64,000 nt of DNA from a virus. Its lineage: Duplodnaviria > Caudoviricetes. Location: IMG/VR virus record IMGVR_UViG_3300036762_000065, positions 96,001 through 160,000 of that record. The stretch is one strand, 5' to 3'. The position numbers were made by a program, and so were the translations under genes. This document shows, piece by piece, positions 57,701 through 64,000 of this stretch. Position 1 is the first letter of the stretch. Every line of letters begins with the position of its first letter. The notes below the pieces were generated by a model. It made no database searches. It saw only the letters and a list, made by a program, of their open reading frames with translations, and had not been told where the DNA came from.

Positions 57701-57984
57701 AATATCGCGCCTTCCTTTATATCAATTCCGCCGGCAGGTGGAACATAATCAGGTATAAAGAAAGTAAAACGAGTGCTGAATTCATCCAACACTTCTACAA
57801 AATAAATATCACCTTCAAAAACAGTATTACCTTGAATATCGGTATGGTCATCGCTGTGAGGAAAATCACTGTCACCGACTTTAAACTTAACCGGGCGAAC
57901 AAGCAAGCCTCCGGCACTTGCATTGTTGACAGCTTGTCTGCCTAGTGTAGTTAGTTTTAATCTATTGTCCATTTTATTATCCAT
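54730..57984 (-). CDS. Baseplate-anchored proximal tail fibre/baseplate protein
   Basis: LTTLG..A fibre-attachment N-terminus; repeated GDG...F.L....V...G..Q...Y units; nested YGYF modules. Confidence 0.7.
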   Translation of the reverse strand: MDNKMDNRLKLTTLGRQAVNNASAGGLLVRPVKFKVGDSDFPHSDDHTDIQGNTVFEGDIYFVEVLDEFSTRFTFFIPDYVPPAGGIDIKEGAIFFENNVMFARCVFTEAYTLHYQSGTEIVAIITTNECDLSTIDVTIGSYSSIPVTPFIRQLPSPVLSTHNVISVLDALTNIDGTTSPAFALRFGQGNFQWAFSSHERAYIGVPDSGPSINSFKRATISADNRFANGEIVIVNIVSGPGAGETRRFSYSQLNDNFMEADAYPFSILDSSSTISIWKRIEGGCCGCGCSGSTEDQTVVNQIPALPMFATSVAGIDTTQELENLLTSATELSNTSNQNFTINVVDNDTGGGGTTIQLRPIFAVGQIGADTEAEIGNLIAVGGTELPNTNNGQFTIDTGSSGGNYGYFIAPEELGDVVFTDTATSFSGGWDGAKWPDDGSFSFETGPVLFTRTVGGVVTNWRVYRMDFPDVGQKIIDYTFEFAGATPSVTTGGSGTGGTLYGYFVYPSALGAAVFTDTSDNSTNDWTGASSPITLTRNIGDNPSTWLLYRTTNAGIGNKVFNVAFTNPGITVNMPQTTVIPGTSGSGAGGNCCDDSLPSRINIPDDWTLIRGAGDFPVWAPPRGGSEIVSTLYQAPGRLRVTNLSLVGDGVTRRYNLGGIVLKDNNYMVAALGGIFQHKTAFDIEGSEIEFAEPIPSNVSIDLRMYTKDPGNGTYIDFVTNKFVGDGQETRFTLTFPIDGAEYCFVHIQSVLQGTVSYTYDAATQQIVFTQPPSPGNSIEITLMVRRQEDGYSTEMITQQLITVGQTLFVELPIHPQTKDMTFLSVSGSHIHRDLYTVVDNNLVLSSPIPAGREVEVLIFNNVKAQGSSRTNLTGVVVDAILTSKSLKLIRHDAKQISLPIPAVEFKSGRGIKITGIHPVYTFESTIAEAFTSSTNFKMSTLQKESNSNEIIYSWRLNLTDDVLLTVIADFSAELGPGFVSPAGLERMEYVIGFRTTSMREPEYGRQIKGTGTAGFSALPSNGNDQKAYANASLTQVFEVIKNNIPAGYIDIIAKMRIKEAETSKYESLLMVNFNVIGTPKINIA

Positions 57985-58007
57985 TTATCGTGTGGGATAT
58001 TGTACTG

Positions 58008-58217
58008 TTAATTAGACATAGGGCTGGATACGCGACATTTAGTGCAGTACCACACTGTTTCTACATTTGCAGCAAGACCTGTCCCCATCTGCATACTACA
58101 TTTAGGGCAAGTCCCTTCTTTAGAGTTATCCATAGCTCCGCTTGTGGACTCTGTTCTGCCAGAAGCCTCAGCCAGAGGGTCAAATAACTCACGTCCGCTT
58201 TTTGTTAGTTTGCTCAT
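58008..58217 (-). CDS. Small zinc-ribbon protein
   Basis: CPKC...YCTKC; SD AGGAG. Confidence 0.7.
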   Translation of the reverse strand: MSKLTKSGRELFDPLAEASGRTESTSGAMDNSKEGTCPKCSMQMGTGLAANVETVWYCTKCRVSSPMSN

Positions 58218-58244
58218 AGTGTATCTCCTTTAAATTAAATTACT

Positions 58245-58778
58245 TTAATCTTTGATAATATTTGAAGGCAATTTGCAATACATCTTTATAGAAATAGGTT
58301 TTTTCGAAAGTTCTAAATTCACGCTTTCTATAAGGCGTTTTGTAGCAACACTTAAAGTTCCTTCTACCGTGTCTAGTGTTATGTGCGGTGTAAAAGAATC
58401 GTAGGAGTGCTTGGCTCCAGCATCTATAATACGCTTGTGCATATCTTGTATGTTACCGTTTTCAAGACCTGCAACCACATACGTTCGCTTATCGTGACCA
58501 ATCCAGTGTTTTATACTAACGATATCACAGACAACAACTTCCATTGTACGGTATAGTTCTTCGGCACGTACAACATCAACAACTTCTTTAGGGCTATATA
58601 TTAATGTGCAGTGTAGCTTTGATGTGTTGACCTTTATACCAAGACTGTCGCACAATTTCACTATGTTGTTAATACTCGCATCATCTGGTGCAGAATGCAT
58701 ATACAGCCCGCTTTCTGCATTATACTTTTCGTGATACAGCTCTGGACCTTTAGCAATAGCAATTTGTATAGGTATCAT
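58245..58778 (-). CDS. acb1: Acb1-like (T4 gp57B family) 2H phosphoesterase, anti-CBASS, with MIPIQIAIA leader
   Basis: GLY, LHCTLIYS and GAKHSYDSFTPHITL match the two HxT motifs and spacing of T4 57B (IHSTICYS; GATHDFDDYTPHITL). Confidence 0.8.
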   Translation of the reverse strand: MIPIQIAIAKGPELYHEKYNAESGLYMHSAPDDASINNIVKLCDSLGIKVNTSKLHCTLIYSPKEVVDVVRAEELYRTMEVVVCDIVSIKHWIGHDKRTYVVAGLENGNIQDMHKRIIDAGAKHSYDSFTPHITLDTVEGTLSVATKRLIESVNLELSKKPISIKMYCKLPSNIIKD

Positions 58779-58787
58779 TGTAGTTCC

Positions 58788-61700
58788 TTATATGAATGTT
58801 ATTAAATATGAAGACATGCCTAAAGCAGCGAAATCTGTACGATACAGATACCATACAGTCTCAAATCCGTTTATAGTTCTACTGATAGACAGAGGACCTA
58901 AATTCTGTCCTATTGTACCGTCGTTTGGCCATGTTGCTCCATCCCAACCTCCTATAAAGCCAGGGGCATTGTTATCTGAGAATACAGCAACGCCTAAATC
59001 TGCAGGATGTGCAAAGTATCCGTACTGACCGTTCACTATATTTAATGATATAGACTGTCCACTTGCATTTGTAGGTAACTGAGATGTTAAGAATGCACTT
59101 ACACTAGCACTGTCACTAACTCCTATAGGACCTGTTCCAAATACAGGAACCAGCTTAGTTACATTGATAGTGAGTTGTCCGCTTACTGTATCAAAGCCTT
59201 CTGAATACGTTGCTGTTATAGTAAACGTAGTGTTGTCTGGTACGTTATTATCAATATACAGACGACCGCCTGCATCTAAAGCAATGCCGCTAACTGGAGC
59301 TCCTCCTAGTATACTCCACTCAACAGAACTCGAAGGCAAAGTCTCTCCGCTTCCAGGAATCTGAGGAACGCCTTGTCTTATGAGTTCAGCAAAATAAGAA
59401 TGTTCTGTACTTGTCATAACACTGGCAGGGCCCGATATAAGTATATTGGACAACGGGCTTTGGGTTGCAATTAACGTAACAAGAAACGTATCTGTAACTT
59501 CAAAGTTACCGCATGAGTAAACGGCACTTATTGTAACAGGAACTCCTGCGCCATTAACTGAATGTAAATAGCCATCATCATCAATAAGTGCAACCTCAGG
59601 ACTTACGTCAAGTGACCATGAACTAGATACGAGTGTTTCACCGCACCCGTTTTCAAATTCTATTGCCTGTGCGTAGCTTCCAACGTCTGTTGTTTTTACT
59701 ACAGGAGGCCCTATTATCCTGCTCGTCAGTGGCGTATCTGTATTACTAAGTGCTCTGTTTTTAACAACAACAACATGCTCTGCTACTTCTTTAAAATAGT
59801 GGGCTAACACAACGACTTTAGTATCTTTGGCGACAACACGCCCTTGTACAACACCGGGAGATATAACGTCTGCCATAGTTTCTGTTTCGTTTATAGCATC
59901 AATAGGCTGTACTGTCCATTTTGGGTTAACTACTTCCAAACTACCATCCTCATAAACTGCGGTTGCGGTTAAGAATATTCTACCAAGCTCATCGACTTCA
60001 TTAGGCCCAGATATCAACAACGCTGTTATTATAGAAGTCTTTGGAACAAGAACAACAGGCTTAGTCTGTATATACCTCTCTATGCCTATAATGTATGTTG
60101 CTTTAACTTCGATCAAGGCAGGTACGCTAATACCTGTAAACACTAACTTACCATCAGTGTCTATGCTTATGTTATTTATATTACCTACAATGCTCCATAC
60201 AGGAGTTATTTCTATATCCGTGTTGTTACTGTAGTGGGCGTATGCTGTGTATTGTGCAACTATGTCTTCTGTTACGTTGTTCGGTCCTATTATATTTAAG
60301 TTCTGCAACAGTACAGGAGTGTCAACAACTACAACAATAAATGTAGCAACTTTACCGTCGGCCCTTGCGGTTATCGTAACATCGAGAGGACTATCTACTG
60401 AACCTGCATCAAATACACCACTACTACTTATGTTGAATTTATTTGTTGCCCATTCTGCCTCGACCGATGTTACAGTTCCGTCAGTCCATGTTGCGATTGC
60501 AGAGAATTGAGAGCGCGATAACTCAACTACGGTCGTTGCACCTAGAATACGTAAGGATTCAATATTTGTTTCTTCTTTTATCACTTTGATTACTTTACGT
60601 GCAACTGCCTTGATTCCTCTATACTGGAAAGTAGCATCGACAGACACATGCAACTCACCTTCTGTATATCCGGCAGTAGCTAGTCCGTTTGTAGCGACAT
60701 ACAGAGAAGGGCTGCTAGACTTCCAAATAGGCTGCACTACCTTAGTGCTGTTATCAGAAAACGTTGCTACTGCGGTTAGTGTTCTCTCATCCCCTTCATA
60801 CAATTCATCATCCGGCAAGAACGCTTCTAATACAGCCTGGGCTCCTGCAGAACTTGGAGCAACTTGACTAATAGTAGCTTCCAAAGAAACAAGGTATACG
60901 TTAGGGTCTATGTATTTTAAGCTCACTTTCTTACTACTTATAACACGGGCCCCTGATCGTGAAACGTATTCGGCAGATAAGAAAATATCAACACTCTCTG
61001 ATATATCGAATACCGACAATTGATTATTGGCGTCCATTACAGCATACGGAGAAACGAGTTTTACTAAACACTCTATTTCTCCTCGTTGTCCGTCTTTAAA
61101 TACTCCAACAGGAGTGTACTGAGCCACGTTGCCACGTAATACTGTATCAGGACCGACAATATCAATAGCAACAATATCGTCATTGTATGCCTCTATAATT
61201 ATTTCCTTACGTGCGACAAGTCCTTTATAATAGGCTGTAATGACAACGGTTGTATCTTTAGACACAAGACCAAACGATGTTTTACCGTTAGATGAAAAAC
61301 CTACTAATGATGTTTTATTAGCTCGCATATCAACAGAGTATATAGGTACGTAGTTATGCTGTGCGATAGTTCCGTTAGTTACCGCTCCCTCGTTTGGAAA
61401 TTCAACTTCAAATGTATTTTGCTGGGTGCTAGGGAAATCAGTTCTATGCAAATACCACTGACTTGTAACATTGTCAACAGTTCTTGTTATAAGAAGAGGG
61501 CCGGTATCTTGTCCTACTGTGCCGTCGTTAGGCCATGTAGCTCCATCCCAACCTCCTGTAATGTTTTCAAACCCACTAGAGATTCCTGTAAATACAGCAA
61601 CGCCTAACGCAGCAGGGTATACAAAATAACCATACTGACCTACGTCTATATCTATTGTGAATTGTTGAGGGCTGGAATCATCATTTAAATAAATTAAGTT

Positions 61701-62519
61701 GCTGGAAGATATTTCAATGTCTGTATCAATACCTATAGTGTTTGTAAAGAAAGCAGGGAGCCCTACAGCAGGTAATTCATAGTCACAGACAGAGTACCCT
61801 ACTCTAATCATATGATCTGTAGCTTCGCGCACTCTGCTTGGTGCTTCAATAACAAGATTTCTATTACAGACTCCGTTACCAAACGTGTAAAACCGGTCCG
61901 GACGTACAAACATAGTGCCTGTTATGTCAAGGCTGCCTTTCATCTGAATTAGGAAACGAAAATTATGTATAACTAAGTTTATCGGTGCAAATTCATAGAA
62001 AGCATCTATAAGTCTATCTTTAATTGTTTGGTTCTCTGCAACGATAAGATTCTTATCTGTGCTGATCATCTCCATTGCAAGACCGATATGTGTAGCCTTA
62101 TACCAATCTCCTCCGTCTATGTTTAGAGGGCCGTATGGTTGTCTATAGAAATCCACGTAATCCTTAGTGTATAGATCATGTACGATTGTTTCTCTACCTA
62201 GAACAAAACTTATTGCTTTTGTGAATTCTGTAGTTCCGCTAGTTTCGTGAAAAAGAGGAAGCATATAAATTGCTCGTGCCAATCTATCCACGTTGTGTTG
62301 TATTATATCAATAGGTATATCAAATCCCATCTGCCTAATAGAATTAGCTACTATTACAGGGTCCGAAGTCTCTATTATATCACGAATAGTCTCAAGTTCT
62401 TTTATAGGACTTCTTATCTGCTCCTCGACCGTTTCCGAAAGAGCCTCAAAAAACTCAAGCCATGTAAGTTCCTCTGAGAATATTTCAGGTTGAAGACCTT
62501 CATAAGTAATAGATGACAC
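58788..62519 (-). CDS. Baseplate wedge protein (gp7/gpI-like) extended with Ig-like repeats
   Basis: N-terminal wedge region (IRQMGF...SGT..F...LG...AP.NL); about 7 I.GP..V.E...Y.A.A.Y.DG...W Ig-like repeats; two YGYF modules. Confidence 0.75.
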   Translation of the reverse strand: MSSITYEGLQPEIFSEELTWLEFFEALSETVEEQIRSPIKELETIRDIIETSDPVIVANSIRQMGFDIPIDIIQHNVDRLARAIYMLPLFHETSGTTEFTKAISFVLGRETIVHDLYTKDYVDFYRQPYGPLNIDGGDWYKATHIGLAMEMISTDKNLIVAENQTIKDRLIDAFYEFAPINLVIHNFRFLIQMKGSLDITGTMFVRPDRFYTFGNGVCNRNLVIEAPSRVREATDHMIRVGYSVCDYELPAVGLPAFFTNTIGIDTDIEISSSNLIYLNDDSSPQQFTIDIDVGQYGYFVYPAALGVAVFTGISSGFENITGGWDGATWPNDGTVGQDTGPLLITRTVDNVTSQWYLHRTDFPSTQQNTFEVEFPNEGAVTNGTIAQHNYVPIYSVDMRANKTSLVGFSSNGKTSFGLVSKDTTVVITAYYKGLVARKEIIIEAYNDDIVAIDIVGPDTVLRGNVAQYTPVGVFKDGQRGEIECLVKLVSPYAVMDANNQLSVFDISESVDIFLSAEYVSRSGARVISSKKVSLKYIDPNVYLVSLEATISQVAPSSAGAQAVLEAFLPDDELYEGDERTLTAVATFSDNSTKVVQPIWKSSSPSLYVATNGLATAGYTEGELHVSVDATFQYRGIKAVARKVIKVIKEETNIESLRILGATTVVELSRSQFSAIATWTDGTVTSVEAEWATNKFNISSSGVFDAGSVDSPLDVTITARADGKVATFIVVVVDTPVLLQNLNIIGPNNVTEDIVAQYTAYAHYSNNTDIEITPVWSIVGNINNISIDTDGKLVFTGISVPALIEVKATYIIGIERYIQTKPVVLVPKTSIITALLISGPNEVDELGRIFLTATAVYEDGSLEVVNPKWTVQPIDAINETETMADVISPGVVQGRVVAKDTKVVVLAHYFKEVAEHVVVVKNRALSNTDTPLTSRIIGPPVVKTTDVGSYAQAIEFENGCGETLVSSSWSLDVSPEVALIDDDGYLHSVNGAGVPVTISAVYSCGNFEVTDTFLVTLIATQSPLSNILISGPASVMTSTEHSYFAELIRQGVPQIPGSGETLPSSSVEWSILGGAPVSGIALDAGGRLYIDNNVPDNTTFTITATYSEGFDTVSGQLTINVTKLVPVFGTGPIGVSDSASVSAFLTSQLPTNASGQSISLNIVNGQYGYFAHPADLGVAVFSDNNAPGFIGGWDGATWPNDGTIGQNLGPLSISRTINGFETVWYLYRTDFAALGMSSYLITFI

Positions 62520-63989
62520 TTAAAATGCTCCTTGATTGTCGAGTGTTCTTTCTGAATACACTACATCTATCGTAGGGGTACCGTCAAGCACTACATAACT
62601 AAGTTTATTCTCTGGCTTTATTTCTTCTATAGGACTAAGTAATTCTACGTAATCTACACCATTTACTTTCTTTGCAGCTTCCGATAAATCCGATAAACTC
62701 AAACGTCTGCCTAGAATACCTGGCTTTTTCTGGAACAATTTTAATACGTTTTCAATTATAAGTATACGAATTTCGCTAACGTCAAAGCTCGGACGTATTG
62801 CCACTTTTATTCTAACACGTACATAAATTTTAGTAGGATTCCATGTCTGTATAACAAGTGCTCGGTGCATACGAGGATATAACCAGTCAAGAACTGCCTG
62901 CCATTGTGCTGTACGTGGATTAGGATTAGCTCCTCCAAACGTATCTGTATTTTCTGGAAGTAAGCAGAGGCGTATTACATTCATCCAGCTATTATCGTTT
63001 GGTGCAATATCTTTTTGTCCTAGCACCACAACATCCGCAACACCGGGATAATCCATTAAACTAGCTCTATAGTCTTTTGGACTTATAACTTTTTTCTTTG
63101 TACGGAACATGTTCGGTGCAAACAACTTATAGTATAAACTACTCTTCTGATTAGAGCCACCTAGAATTGAACTCGTTGTTGTGCCTGCAATATCAGGATA
63201 CTGTTCGACAAATGCAGCTACGCCAGGAGCTCCTACATTTTCATCCGCACCTTTGGTGATAACATATCTTATTTTCAACACATTACCGAACTGCAAAGAA
63301 GCTCCGTAAGTCCCGTCACCGAAGAAGATACTAACGTCACCTGTAGAAGTTGTAGACTCGTAATAAACTCTATCTGAGGCAGTGTGTTCAAATATGGCGT
63401 TTTCTGTAGGACTCCACTCATCAACAACCAACGAGGTTTTGTTCTCTGTATAAACGAATATGTCTTCTGTGCTTACTGTAAAGCCGGGTTCTTCTAAGAA
63501 GAATTCCTTAAGTGCCAACGAAGCGTAGTTGTCTAAATCAAATTCCTTTACTGCCACAGTACCTTCATATACATTTACATTTTCTATAGTCTCGTCTGGA
63601 ACAATAACTAATTGATTTCTGTTGAAAAACTTACGAGAGCCTACTTGAAAAGCAGAGTAAGGAGGGATGAATTTAGTTTCTGTGTAGTTGTTTGTTATAC
63701 TGAGTGTCGCAGCAGCAGGTGTCTTCCTGCTTATTTTAATTCCTAGCCATCTAGTTCCACTAAATATACTACTGTCTCTAACGGCAGTAGGTAAAAAAGC
63801 TTCCCGTAAACTCATTTCTGTGTAAAATTGGTTTACTACGCTAGTACCAGCAAACATATCTAGTACAGTAGTGCCTACGGAGGTAGGAAGCAGATCAATC
63901 CATGTTCCTTTTTCCTGTAGCTTTATACGCAACGCATCGTATAGGTGTTGATAATCTGGTTTTACATGACTTATAGGTAGTGTGGCCAT
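62520..63989 (-). CDS. Baseplate wedge protein (gp6/J-like)
   Basis: D...L...L...W.D....G..., E.FL.TA...SS, FGDG..G, Y..T.GA..N, GG...S...K..AP...R....S..DY. Confidence 0.92.
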   Translation of the reverse strand: MATLPISHVKPDYQHLYDALRIKLQEKGTWIDLLPTSVGTTVLDMFAGTSVVNQFYTEMSLREAFLPTAVRDSSIFSGTRWLGIKISRKTPAAATLSITNNYTETKFIPPYSAFQVGSRKFFNRNQLVIVPDETIENVNVYEGTVAVKEFDLDNYASLALKEFFLEEPGFTVSTEDIFVYTENKTSLVVDEWSPTENAIFEHTASDRVYYESTTSTGDVSIFFGDGTYGASLQFGNVLKIRYVITKGADENVGAPGVAAFVEQYPDIAGTTTSSILGGSNQKSSLYYKLFAPNMFRTKKKVISPKDYRASLMDYPGVADVVVLGQKDIAPNDNSWMNVIRLCLLPENTDTFGGANPNPRTAQWQAVLDWLYPRMHRALVIQTWNPTKIYVRVRIKVAIRPSFDVSEIRILIIENVLKLFQKKPGILGRRLSLSDLSEAAKKVNGVDYVELLSPIEEIKPENKLSYVVLDGTPTIDVVYSERTLDNQGAF

Positions 63990-64000
63990 CGTTTATTCGC

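Overview
This window is part of a large (jumbo-type) myovirus genome, AT-rich, using the standard genetic code, with no tRNA, rRNA, CRISPR array or integrase seen. It has three blocks. (1) On the + strand, 465-12332 is a T4-like contractile-tail core: sheath, tube, second tube-like protein, two gp26/gp51-like chaperone paralogs, tape measure, tube cap, LysM wedge and hub. A partial LRR gene precedes it. (2) On the + strand, 12435-29561 is an accessory block of about 45 small genes, including dimeric dUTPase, an adjacent globin and hemerythrin, RNase HI, a DHH phosphoesterase, two histone-like basic proteins, DenV and dCTP deaminase. (3) On the - strand, 63989-29636 is a late block: baseplate wedges, Ig-like, Calx-beta, collagen and fibre proteins, an alpha/beta hydrolase plus periplasmic-binding-protein cassette, and a lysis cassette. 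The host is inferred to be Gram-negative, probably a gammaproteobacterium (spanins, DUF2175, CsrA-type sites). The strongest novel signal is that seven otherwise unrelated proteins in the late block start with the same short leader, M-x(1,2)-I-x-I-[SA]-[LI]-[SAC]. They include an Acb1-like anti-CBASS 2H phosphoesterase and a RyR-repeat protein, which suggests a capsid-targeting and delivery signal for pre-packaged counter-defence effectors. Other highlights are the globin-hemerythrin pair, a tandem CsrA/RsmA-type hairpin pair, a domain nested inside a copy of itself, and four paralogous collagens. All family calls come from motif recognition by eye; no searches were run.
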